Source: a virus (lineage: Duplodnaviria; Caudoviricetes). Taken from it: 63,974 bases of DNA. The DNA is taken from IMG/VR virus record IMGVR_UViG_3300036785_000518, positions 1-63,974 of that record. One strand, 5' to 3'. Below the pieces are notes generated by a model. That model worked only from the letters and a program-made list of their open reading frames with translations. It was not told the origin of the DNA and ran no database searches. The translations under genes were made by a program, and so were the position numbers. Positions 27,911 to 37,114 of this stretch are shown here, piece after piece (position 1 is the first letter of the stretch; each line of letters begins with the position of its first letter).

Positions 27911-29455
27911 ATGTCTGACGTGACCGTGTCAAAGCGGTCCCGTTTTTTGGAGGACGCAAGCAGGCGCAGCAGCGATCCGACCAACACCGGACGGGTCCGC
28001 CGTGCTTTCCGGGCCGAGGCGGCGATGCGGCTGCGCAGGCTCAGTGCCGAGATCAGGAAGCTTGTGATCGACCACGACGTTCTGGCGCTGGGCCAGAACA
28101 GCGTGCTCGGGTTTCATCCCGCCCAAGTTCGGCTAGACGCATTCGGCCATTCGGTACACGCCGCCATGATGGGCATGGTGGGTGGCGATTGGACGCGCGT
28201 TTTTCTTCAGCGAGCTTGGCAGGATGGCGTGGCGGCGGCGGTTTCCGAGACGGGGGCCGCCGCCGCTGGCGCCGAGGGCGACGACGAGTTCGAAGGCCTC
28301 ATGGCTCTGACGCGGCGCGAGGTGGACGGTATCGGCGCCGCCATCGAGCAGCGGCTGGCGCGCGTTGCCGACGTGATCATCGCCGCCAGCGCGCACCAGC
28401 GGATTACGCCGGTGCGAGCGTTCCGGCGCATCCAGGCAGAGCTTACCAAGGTGGCAGGTCAGCGTCTGCCGCTTTTGGCCGATACGGCGCCGGTGCTGGC
28501 ATGCACCCGCGCTCTGATCAACGTCTACCGTCAGACCGGCATCGAAGCGGTAGGCGTTGAACCCGAATCCGGTGCGGTTCGTGTCATGGCAGACGCCGCA
28601 CCGGTTCGGCGTAATCCGCCGACGCCGATGGAGCGCTACGGGGAGCTGCGCGAAAAGGCGGTGCCCAAGGCGTACGCCAAGGTGGAGTTCGTTGGCGTGC
28701 GGACTGCGGGCGATAATTTTGTATGTGAGCGTTGTGAAGATGCCGCCGATGACGCACCCTATACGCTAGCTGAGTACATCGGGCTATTCCCGATGCACCC
28801 GCGCTGTAGGTGCCGTCCTCGGCCATGGTTCGACAAGCGCTACGCGGGCGATCGCGCGCCGCGGCTGACGCGCAATCAGCATACGCACGACTTTCACCGC
28901 TGGTGGCAAGCAGGCGACGCCTTCGGTGCGTTTGATCCGCAAAAGCATCCACATGCTCCAAGCGGTCAGGGCGGCGGACAGTTTCAGCCGACCGGCGGCG
29001 GGCGCAGCGCGACACGGCAGCGTGATCCCGGCGCTCGCGTCCGCGGCGGCGCTCTGCACTCGAAGGCGCAGGAAGCCCGGCACGCCGTTGGCGAGTTCAT
29101 GAAGACGCACGGCAAGCAGGCCATTCACGAGGTGGGGCATGCGCTGCATGAGCACCAGCGCGAAATCCTGGCTGGCGCGATCACGTTCGCGCTGTACCAC
29201 GTCGCTGGCGCCGACTTTCCCGAGGATGTCGCCGATGGGCTGCGCGATCAGATCATTCACTTCTCAGAGAACGCGCAAGTGAGTCGTGCTATTGCCAAGG
29301 ATTACTTCCACAAGGCCACCGACGCATTGATCAAATTGCACGGCAAGATCAGCGGGACCAAGGACGCCGCCGACGATGATCCGGTGCGGAAAGCGTTGCA
29401 GCTGATGAAGCGGGCGCTCGATGATCCGAAAATCAAGCAACTCAACGAGGAGTGA
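27911..29455 (+). CDS. head morphogenesis protein (Mu gpF / SPP1 gp7-like) with C-terminal extension
   Basis: TAGDNFVCERC..PMHPRCRC; FDPQKHP..GGGQF motif; follows portal. Confidence 0.8.
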   Translation: MSDVTVSKRSRFLEDASRRSSDPTNTGRVRRAFRAEAAMRLRRLSAEIRKLVIDHDVLALGQNSVLGFHPAQVRLDAFGHSVHAAMMGMVGGDWTRVFLQRAWQDGVAAAVSETGAAAAGAEGDDEFEGLMALTRREVDGIGAAIEQRLARVADVIIAASAHQRITPVRAFRRIQAELTKVAGQRLPLLADTAPVLACTRALINVYRQTGIEAVGVEPESGAVRVMADAAPVRRNPPTPMERYGELREKAVPKAYAKVEFVGVRTAGDNFVCERCEDAADDAPYTLAEYIGLFPMHPRCRCRPRPWFDKRYAGDRAPRLTRNQHTHDFHRWWQAGDAFGAFDPQKHPHAPSGQGGGQFQPTGGGRSATRQRDPGARVRGGALHSKAQEARHAVGEFMKTHGKQAIHEVGHALHEHQREILAGAITFALYHVAGADFPEDVADGLRDQIIHFSENAQVSRAIAKDYFHKATDALIKLHGKISGTKDAADDDPVRKALQLMKRALDDPKIKQLNEE

Positions 29456-29814
29456 CAATGGCCACCAACATTGGCGACACGTTTGGGTTTGCGCTGCGCC
29501 TGTTTCAAAACCGCGACAAGATCATGGAGCTGGTGCGCGACTTCACCGACCTTTGGAAGGTGCTGAAGCCGCCTATTGATATCATCGGCACCACTACGCC
29601 AGCCGCACCACCGCCGAAGTACGACGTGAAGTGGGTGCAGGAAAGTCTGAATAAGCTCGGCGCCAATCCGCAGCTTAATGTCGATGGCAATATGGGACCG
29701 ACGACACACGATGCGATCAAACAGTTTCAGGCCGCATATGGTCTTGAGGCCGACGGCTGGATGGGACCGCTGACTGCTGCCGCGCTCGACGAAGCGATGA
29801 AGAAACTTAGTTAA
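29452..29814 (+). CDS. peptidoglycan-binding domain protein without catalytic domain
   Basis: VKWVQESLNKLG..VDGNMGPTT.AIKQFQAAYGLEADGWMGPLT. Confidence 0.85.
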   Translation: MTMATNIGDTFGFALRLFQNRDKIMELVRDFTDLWKVLKPPIDIIGTTTPAAPPPKYDVKWVQESLNKLGANPQLNVDGNMGPTTHDAIKQFQAAYGLEADGWMGPLTAAALDEAMKKLS

Positions 29815-29911
29815 TCCGGCTCCCATGCCCAGAGTAGCTTTCACAAAGCCTAATCTTCACACAACTTTGGGACCATGGCGGGTAGAGGAACATTTCAGAC
29901 GAAAGATTCCT

Positions 29912-30118
29912 CTACCCGAGATAAGAGCCGCCAATATAGAAGCCTAAGCCGAAGATCGCGGCGCCGAATGCGAGCCCGAGAAGGGCCGCAAGCCACGGCC
30001 GGTAGAGCCACGTATAGACCAGCCACCCGTGCCGCTTGCGCGTGTCCAGCTCTCTTTGCTGTTGACGCCGTTCGTGCTCTTTTCGCGTCCATTGCCACGG
30101 ATCGTGTTTAGTTTCCAT
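29912..30118 (-). CDS. small antisense membrane protein
   Basis: C-terminal hydrophobic helix, fills the intergenic gap. Confidence 0.4.
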   Translation of the reverse strand: METKHDPWQWTRKEHERRQQQRELDTRKRHGWLVYTWLYRPWLAALLGLAFGAAIFGLGFYIGGSYLG

Positions 30119-30129
30119 TGGAGACTCTC

Positions 30130-31722
30130 ATGCCGCTGACAGCCAAAGGCGAACGTATCATGGCGGCGTACCGGGAACAGTACGGGGAGCGCGCCGAGGA
30201 AATGTTCTACAAGTCCAAAAACGCCGGGACCATTACCGGCGTCGACTCGCTTGGAGAAGATCATATGCCGATCGAGCTGACGACGCGCAACGCGCGGCTA
30301 ATCGACCTTCTCTACTACGACCCGATCACCGGATCACAGGACCCGCGCAACAAGCGTTACGGCGGCAGTCGCAAGGTTACACAGCGCGATCCGATGGGCC
30401 GTTTGATATCCGAATTCGAGGAGGAGGACGCCATGCCATTGTTTAGCGTCATTGGCGATGCAGCGCCCGTTGGTGCGGCCACGGTCACCTTGATCGATGC
30501 GGTCGACCTCGATGACGCTGCCAAGGTTACCTACACCGAGGACGGCGTGATGAAGGCGATGCCGCGCATAGCTCGTGCGGGAGTCCAAATTTATGCCGGC
30601 GACGAATGCGGCATCGTCGATCGAGAGTGGGTGAAGGTGTATCGCCCGGCCGACAGTGTATTTCACAAGGACGCGTGGAAAACCTACACGCATTTGCCGG
30701 TGACGCTCGATCATCCGCCGGTGCCGGTAACGACCGACAACTGGAAGAAGTTCGCGGTCGGTGACACCGGCGAGGACGTGTTGCGCGATGGTGAGAGTGT
30801 CCGCGTTCCGATGATGCTGCGCGACGCGGCCGCCATCAACGCGTTCAAGGCTGGCACCAATCAGCTCTCCGTCGGCTACACCTGCGACCTCGAATGGTCG
30901 CCTGGCGTCACCGAGAGCGGCGAGACCTATGACGCGATCCAGCGAAACATCAGGGCAAACCACTTGGCCGTCGTCGCCGCGGCCCGAGGCGGCCCCAGCT
31001 TGACGATCGGCGACGACAACAAACAGGAGAGCACGATGAATTTGAAGACCGTGATGGTTGACGGCATCGAATGCCAGATGACCGACACCGCCGCCGCGCT
31101 GGTCGCGCGCACGATTCAAACGCTGCGTGACCAGATCGAGAATCTGGAGAAGAAGAAAAAGGACGACAACGAGGACAAGGATAAGGATAAGAAGGACTCG
31201 GCGGTCAAGATCACCGAGTTGACCACTGCAGCCGCTACGCGGGACGCCGAGATCGTCACGCTCAAGAAGCAGCTCGCCGACGCAAAGCTCACGCCAGCGG
31301 CGCTCGATGCGCTGGTGAAGGATCGCCAGAGCGTCGTCGACAAGGCGCGCAAGGTGCTCGGCGACAAGCTGGTTATCGACGGCGCCACGATCGAGGCGAT
31401 GCGCAAGCAGGTCGTCGACGCCAAGCTCGGCGCAGCCGCACAGGGGTGGAACGACGAGCAGATCAAAGCGAGTTTCGACACGCTCACTGCGGGCGTCGCT
31501 GGCAATGGCGGCTCGACCGTGAGCGACGCCGTGCGCGTGTTCGCTGGCCGGACGTCACCTGGCTGGGCCCAGCCGCAGCAGAGCGCGCCGGTATTCGACA
31601 GCAGCAATCCACAGCACATCCGCGATGCGGCATACGCCATGAGCGTCTTTGACATGGAGACCGCGTGGATGAATCCCGAGCAGCGCAAGGCCGCTGCCGC
31701 CGCGCGTGGCATCAATCTCTGA
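30130..31722 (+). CDS. DUF2213 head maturation/scaffold protein with N-terminal extra modules
   Basis: IARAGVQIY, YRPADSVF, PVTLDHP, QLSVGY, NHLAVVAAARGG, coiled-coil tail. Confidence 0.88.
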   Translation: MPLTAKGERIMAAYREQYGERAEEMFYKSKNAGTITGVDSLGEDHMPIELTTRNARLIDLLYYDPITGSQDPRNKRYGGSRKVTQRDPMGRLISEFEEEDAMPLFSVIGDAAPVGAATVTLIDAVDLDDAAKVTYTEDGVMKAMPRIARAGVQIYAGDECGIVDREWVKVYRPADSVFHKDAWKTYTHLPVTLDHPPVPVTTDNWKKFAVGDTGEDVLRDGESVRVPMMLRDAAAINAFKAGTNQLSVGYTCDLEWSPGVTESGETYDAIQRNIRANHLAVVAAARGGPSLTIGDDNKQESTMNLKTVMVDGIECQMTDTAAALVARTIQTLRDQIENLEKKKKDDNEDKDKDKKDSAVKITELTTAAATRDAEIVTLKKQLADAKLTPAALDALVKDRQSVVDKARKVLGDKLVIDGATIEAMRKQVVDAKLGAAAQGWNDEQIKASFDTLTAGVAGNGGSTVSDAVRVFAGRTSPGWAQPQQSAPVFDSSNPQHIRDAAYAMSVFDMETAWMNPEQRKAAAAARGINL

Positions 31723-31771
31723 CGGCCAACGCGGCTAACCATCAGGGCGCATCAACTGAGAGGACACCAAC

Positions 31772-32641
31772 ATGACTGTTGTTTTGCAGAAAACCTATGC
31801 TCCGCAGCAACGCCCTGCCCTGATTGGCATGGTTTGCGATATGACAGAAGCTGCGATCGCCACGTGGGTCAACGAGACCGCGGCCGGGATTCCGTTCGGC
31901 ATGGCCGTTGGCCAAGGCACCATCATTGATGCATTCGGCCGTGGTCGCGGCTGCGTGCTCGGTGGCACTTCGTTCCTCGGTATTAGCGTTCGCGACGACA
32001 CGCTGTCGCTGTCACCGGTCGATCCATACAGCAGCACGCCCAATCCGCTTGATGCTTACGGACTGCGCACCAACGTCGGCGTGATGACGCGCGGCCGCAT
32101 CTGGGTGGGTGCGGGCGTGAGCGCCAATGCTGGTGATCCGCTGTTCTTCGGCTCGACTGGTGTGTTTTCCAATAGCGCGTCCGGCACCGCGGCGACCGGC
32201 TGGGTGCAGTTCAGTAGGCAGCCCAACGCTGGCGACACGCTGGTGATCAACGGCGCGACGTTCACCTTCGTGGCCTCGGGCGCGACCGGCGATCAGGCCA
32301 ATATCGGTCCGACGCTGGGCGATACCGTCGCCGCGGCCGCGGCCGTTCTCGAAGGCTCGGCGACCGCTGGCTTTGCAGCGCTGCACTTCAATGCTTACCC
32401 ACCGTCGCCCGGCGGTTCAGCGCAAGGCTCTGGCGCTGACACCATCATGATCAGCGCGGCGGCCCCCGGCACCGCTGGCAATGCGCTCGCCATCACCACG
32501 ATCCCCGCTGGCGCAACCAAGTCGGCGGGCACTCTGCTCGGCGGCACTGCGGCTGCGACCGCCGTTCCCGGTGGCCGTTGGCTCGACACTGTCAATGCTG
32601 CTGGCGGTATCGCCCGCGTGTCGCTCGCGCTGCAGATTTGA
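31772..32641 (+). CDS. capsid cement/decoration protein with inserted domain
   Basis: IPFGMAV, VGVMTRGRIWV; position between scaffold and MCP. Confidence 0.75.
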   Translation: MTVVLQKTYAPQQRPALIGMVCDMTEAAIATWVNETAAGIPFGMAVGQGTIIDAFGRGRGCVLGGTSFLGISVRDDTLSLSPVDPYSSTPNPLDAYGLRTNVGVMTRGRIWVGAGVSANAGDPLFFGSTGVFSNSASGTAATGWVQFSRQPNAGDTLVINGATFTFVASGATGDQANIGPTLGDTVAAAAAVLEGSATAGFAALHFNAYPPSPGGSAQGSGADTIMISAAAPGTAGNALAITTIPAGATKSAGTLLGGTAAATAVPGGRWLDTVNAAGGIARVSLALQI

Positions 32642-32728
32642 CCGCCTTGCCTTCCCTGTTCCGTTCTCGCCGCGTTTCAGGGCCGCGGCTGTGAGCGATC
32701 CACCGTCATCGCAATAGGAGAGTTTCCG

Positions 32729-33676
32729 ATGTTTTTCCGCGATATGCCTAACGAACAAGCCGCCCTGAGCTTCTTGGTAAGTCAGATCACTTACATAGAG
32801 CCGGTCGTTTACCGCATAAAATATCCAGATTTGGTTTGGCGGGATTTGATTCCGGTCGACAGCTCTGGAAGCGAGTGGGTTAAATCGATCACGTTCTTCT
32901 CGATCGATCACGTCGGCGCTGCGGATTGGTTCCACGCGCAAGCGCAAGATGTGCCTCTGGCAGATGTCGTTCGCGCGAAGGGCGAGGTCGCCATCGAAAT
33001 GGGTGCCATCGGTTACAGATATAATACCGAGGAATTGGCACAATCGATGATGATACCTAACTTCAGCCTCTCGACCGAGCGAGCAAGTGCTGCTCGTCGT
33101 GCGGCAGAAGAGTTTCTCCACAATTGCTCCATGTATGGCAATACTGCCAAAAACTGGCTCGGCCTTACTAATCATAATCTGCCTGCGGTTATTAACACCG
33201 CACATACTTGGGCGTACGATCTCGCGCAAGCGCCTCCGCTGATTCAAGCGATGCTCAACGACGTCAACCTCGCGCTGACGAACATCTGGCAAGCGTCTCT
33301 CGGCATCGAAATGGCCGACACGCTCCTATTGCCGTTCTCCGCGATGTCGACGATCAACATGGCCCAGCTGCCGAACACCACGATGAACGTGTACGACTGG
33401 CTGCTGAAGAACAACATCTACACGCAGCAAACCGGGCAAGCGCTCACCGTGCGCGCGGTGCGCGGCCTCGATACCGCGGGCACCGCTGGCGGCGGCCGCA
33501 TCATCGCGTACCGGAAGGACCCCGAGATCGTCAAAGTGCACGTGCCGATGCCGCATCGCTTCCTGCCGGTTTGGCAAAGGGGGCCATTGACCTATGATGT
33601 CCCGGGGGTGTTTCGCACAGGAGGCCTGGAGATCAGGCGGCCTGGCGCGATAAGGTATGTAGACGGCGTTTGTTGA
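32729..33676 (+). CDS. major capsid protein (DUF2184-like)
   Basis: FLVSQITYIEP..Y, GYRYNTEEL, GLTNH, HVPMPHRF, TGGLEIRRP. Confidence 0.9.
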   Translation: MFFRDMPNEQAALSFLVSQITYIEPVVYRIKYPDLVWRDLIPVDSSGSEWVKSITFFSIDHVGAADWFHAQAQDVPLADVVRAKGEVAIEMGAIGYRYNTEELAQSMMIPNFSLSTERASAARRAAEEFLHNCSMYGNTAKNWLGLTNHNLPAVINTAHTWAYDLAQAPPLIQAMLNDVNLALTNIWQASLGIEMADTLLLPFSAMSTINMAQLPNTTMNVYDWLLKNNIYTQQTGQALTVRAVRGLDTAGTAGGGRIIAYRKDPEIVKVHVPMPHRFLPVWQRGPLTYDVPGVFRTGGLEIRRPGAIRYVDGVC

Positions 33677-33759
33677 TGTGTGTTAATAATCGATGGACAG
33701 TATTAGTTGTTTGTCATAGGCTTTCATTGGGGGCTTAACACCAATGAAAGCTGAATCTG

Positions 33760-34326
33760 ATGAAATGCTGCTCTGTCGATGGTTGCCCAGCAACCTACTA
33801 CGCTAAAGGCCTTTGTCGCGCCCACTATGCGAGGGCGCAGCGCGGCGCCGATTTGTCCAAGCCGTTTCAGGAGCACATCCCTGATCGTGGGTGCTTGGTC
33901 GATGACTGCGATCGTCCGCATGATGCTCACGGCTATTGCAGTCTTCACCGTCAGCGGTGGGAGCGGTTTGGTGATCCGTTACGTGAGAACGTAATTGCCA
34001 GTCCAGGGAATCCTGAAGCGTTCTTTCAGCAAGCCTTGAAGTGTACGTCTGATGAATGTCTGATCTGGCCCTACGGTCGTGATAACAGGGGCTACGCTCA
34101 GATGTCGTGGCGGAAGCGCGGGAAAGCGATCAAAAAAGTGTACTGCGCTGTTTGCGAAGAAGTGCATGGCACTCCACCGACACCAAAGCATGAGGCTGCC
34201 CATTCCTGCGGGAACGGCCACCTTGGCTGCATCAATCCGCGTCACCTTCGTTGGCTGACGCATAAGGAAAATCTGGCTGAGATGCGCGCACATGGCCGCG
34301 GTGCTAACGGCTACGGCCCGTACTGA
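33760..34326 (+). CDS. HNH homing endonuclease
   Basis: CSVDGC..GLCRAHY repeats; EAAHSCGNGHLGCINPRHLRWLTHKEN. Confidence 0.88.
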   Translation: MKCCSVDGCPATYYAKGLCRAHYARAQRGADLSKPFQEHIPDRGCLVDDCDRPHDAHGYCSLHRQRWERFGDPLRENVIASPGNPEAFFQQALKCTSDECLIWPYGRDNRGYAQMSWRKRGKAIKKVYCAVCEEVHGTPPTPKHEAAHSCGNGHLGCINPRHLRWLTHKENLAEMRAHGRGANGYGPY

Positions 34327-34342
34327 ATAAGGAGATACGATC

Positions 34343-34666
34343 ATGAAAAACGCAGTTCTCATTACCGACGTTGATGGCAAGCCGCACGTTCTCATTCTGT
34401 CGAAAGTGACCGGGTGTGATGTCGAGCCGGGCGAACCTGGCGAACCCGCGGTGCCAGCGCAGGAAGCGGTGGAAGGTGAGCCCGGCGAGCCAGCCAGCGA
34501 GGGCAATCCCGGCAAGCCGCCGGTCGAGGCCAAGCCCGCGGTGGAAGCCAAGGAAGCGACGCCAGGGAAGCCCGAGACGGTGACGATCCACCGCGAGGGC
34601 GGCGAGGACATCAAGCTGCAAACCACTCGCGCTGCCGTCGTCGAACTGCTGAATGGCGGCCTGTGA
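34343..34666 (+). CDS. hypothetical protein with Pro/Glu triplet-repeat insertion
   Basis: TAAGGAG RBS; PGEPGEPAVPAQEAVEGEPGEP. Confidence 0.65.
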   Translation: MKNAVLITDVDGKPHVLILSKVTGCDVEPGEPGEPAVPAQEAVEGEPGEPASEGNPGKPPVEAKPAVEAKEATPGKPETVTIHREGGEDIKLQTTRAAVVELLNGGL

Positions 34667-34686
34667 CGGGTGCGCGACAGCAGCGG

Positions 34687-35715
34687 CTAGTTGCCGTCTC
34701 TCACCTGTGCAAACAGCGGCGCATCATCGACCATTCTGGAATGTGCCATCTTCGCATCGGCGGGATTGAGTTCGATCAAGATGGCGTCGCGCTGCAACCG
34801 ATCGGCAACAAGCCCAGTAGTGCCAGCGCCGCCGAATGGGTCGAGAACGGTGCCTCCTTTTGGGCAGCCGGCAAGGATGCACGGCTCGATCAGCGCGGGC
34901 GGGAAGGTGGCGAAGTGGGCACCGTGGAACGGCTGCGTGGCGACTTCCCAGACCGAGCGCTTGTTACGCTTCGGGTAAGCGGTTTGTGAAATTTTGAGCA
35001 AACCAGCCTTGGTGCGGTGTTCCTCAGAATCTGAGGACTCATATTTTGTCACCGCCTTATGAGATTTGTTGCCACTAGCACGACCTCGATTGCCATTCTG
35101 TCGTGTTTGTCCGGGTGCCGACGCACCGCATCCAGTAAGATCGTGCTCCGTTGTGCCGACAGCGGATTCCTTTATTGCTTCCGCATTGAAATAATACCGT
35201 TCGCTTTTACTCAGCAGGAACAGATATTCATGTGCCTTTGTGCACCGGTCCGTGACGCTCTCAGGCATTGGGTTAGGTTTCGACCAGATAATGTCCTGGC
35301 GTAGCCACCAGCCGTCGGCTTGAATGGCGAAGGCGACGCGCCAGGGGATTCCACAGAGGTCTTTGGGCTTGAGGCCATCCGACGCGCCATGGATGCGGTG
35401 CGTGATCGCCGGGTTTTCCCAATAGCCATGCTTACTGGTCTGTGTCGGTTTGCGTGCACCGGCGGTGCCCGTCGCGTAGCTGTCCCCTAAATTAAGCCAC
35501 AGCGTTCCATCTGCCCGCAGCACCCGCCGCACTTCGCGGAACACCAGCACCATCTGCTCGATGTAGTTTTTATAGGTGGGTTCAAGCCCGATCTGTCCGG
35601 CAACCCCGTAATCCCGCAGCCTCCAGTAGGGTGGCGACGTCACCACGCAATGCACCGAGGCATCTGGCAGCGTACGAAGGACATCCCGGCAATCACCGCA
35701 TAACAAACGAATCAT
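34687..35715 (-). CDS. DNA amino-methyltransferase (N4-C/N6-A, beta class)
   Basis: VTSPPY, DIIWSKPNPMPES, HFATFP, VLDPFGGAGTT. Confidence 0.93.
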   Translation of the reverse strand: MIRLLCGDCRDVLRTLPDASVHCVVTSPPYWRLRDYGVAGQIGLEPTYKNYIEQMVLVFREVRRVLRADGTLWLNLGDSYATGTAGARKPTQTSKHGYWENPAITHRIHGASDGLKPKDLCGIPWRVAFAIQADGWWLRQDIIWSKPNPMPESVTDRCTKAHEYLFLLSKSERYYFNAEAIKESAVGTTEHDLTGCGASAPGQTRQNGNRGRASGNKSHKAVTKYESSDSEEHRTKAGLLKISQTAYPKRNKRSVWEVATQPFHGAHFATFPPALIEPCILAGCPKGGTVLDPFGGAGTTGLVADRLQRDAILIELNPADAKMAHSRMVDDAPLFAQVRDGN

Positions 35716-35746
35716 TCCATTCACCCGCGTTGCAGGAGACAAGACA

Positions 35747-36259
35747 ATGCTTGAAGGCCCCGTTGATCTCGAAGCCATGGCCGCGAAGTCGGCGGCCGGC
35801 CGCCAACCGCAAGCGCCCGACAATCTGGCGCTGATGCCGACGCTCGACGTGCCACGGCCGCAGCCGCGCGGCATTCCGCAGCATACCATCTTGGCATCGC
35901 CTGATCGGCTGCGGGAATCCTCGCAGTGGGTGACGATGAAGAACTTCCACCCAGTGCAGACTCACATCATGATCGATCGGTATTACCAGACCCAGGCGCT
36001 TGCCCCTGGCGAGACCAAGCGCTTCGAGATGACGATGAGCGATATCGAGTCGCATCGTGAGAAGACACAGGCCGATCGCGGGTATTATTCATCGGGACAT
36101 CTGGTCGGCCAGCCGCTGCCGATGCATCCGGTGCGGTTTCTTGACATTGATCCGTTGCCGTCGGCGCGCCAGGACAACGGGACTGACGCAGCGGCTGCTG
36201 CTGCCGCAGTGGTGGCCGCAGCGCGGGCAACGGCGCCTGCGTCGCGCGGCCGGGGCTGA
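35747..36259 (+). CDS. hypothetical head-associated protein
   Basis: AGGAG RBS, position after MCP. Confidence 0.6.
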   Translation: MLEGPVDLEAMAAKSAAGRQPQAPDNLALMPTLDVPRPQPRGIPQHTILASPDRLRESSQWVTMKNFHPVQTHIMIDRYYQTQALAPGETKRFEMTMSDIESHREKTQADRGYYSSGHLVGQPLPMHPVRFLDIDPLPSARQDNGTDAAAAAAAVVAAARATAPASRGRG

Positions 36260-36260
36260 T

Positions 36261-36671
36261 ATGGCCGCGACGACGCAGGACGTCTTTTCTCTGAAGGCGC
36301 GCTTCGGCGAGTTCAGCACCCTGCCAGATGCGGCGCTGACCTCGGCATTCAACGTCGTCGACATGCTGCTCGATCCGACTGTGTGGCCGAACCAGATCGA
36401 CTTCGCCAATGCGCGGTTGCTCTATGCCGCACATCTGGCGACGATTCAGCAAATGCAGCTGGCGAATTCGGCCAACGGCATCGGCACCGCCGATCTCTAC
36501 ATGTCGAGCATTACCTTCGGCGAGCGCTCGGTGGCGTTCGGGCGGCGGCTTAATTTTGGTGAGCAGAAAGGCCTCGCCGGCTCGGGCGAGGAAATGCTGT
36601 CGATGACGAGCTACGGCCAGCTTTTTCTTCAGCTCCGGAATCGCAACATCATTCCAATTATGGTGGTGTGA
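36261..36671 (+). CDS. head-tail adaptor (DUF4054-like)
   Basis: ARFGEF..LYAAHL..TSYGQLFLQL. Confidence 0.85.
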   Translation: MAATTQDVFSLKARFGEFSTLPDAALTSAFNVVDMLLDPTVWPNQIDFANARLLYAAHLATIQQMQLANSANGIGTADLYMSSITFGERSVAFGRRLNFGEQKGLAGSGEEMLSMTSYGQLFLQLRNRNIIPIMVV

Positions 36672-37114
36672 TGCTCGACTGGCGCATCCTGCAGGGATGG
36701 ATGGACGGCATTGTCGACGATCAGTTCGCCGAGCCGGTGCATCTGATTCCATGGGGCGGCGGTCAGCGCGTTTCCGACGAGGGCACACAGGACCCGGCGC
36801 GAAGCGTCATCATCACGATCGGCGTCTATCGCACCTCGGGGTCTGCGACCGGCGATGTCATGGCGCCGGGCGTTACCGTGCAGACGCAAGTTGCGCAGGA
36901 GTGGATCGAGATCACCGAGCAGAACATGGGCGATCCCGCCAACTGGCACGCCTACGACCGGGTCTTTCTGCCCGATCAACTGCCGAACCAGCAGTGGCAT
37001 ACAATCTTGAAAGTCAATCCGTCGGCGACCAAGCGCTATCAGGTTATGCTGGCCCGGCTGCAGCAGGGGCCTGGCTGGGTGGCTCCGCAAGAGACCTGGA
37101 CACGACCGCCATGA
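36671..37114 (+). CDS. putative head-closure protein
   Basis: position after adaptor, VDDQFAEPV. Confidence 0.55.
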   Translation: MLDWRILQGWMDGIVDDQFAEPVHLIPWGGGQRVSDEGTQDPARSVIITIGVYRTSGSATGDVMAPGVTVQTQVAQEWIEITEQNMGDPANWHAYDRVFLPDQLPNQQWHTILKVNPSATKRYQVMLARLQQGPGWVAPQETWTRPP

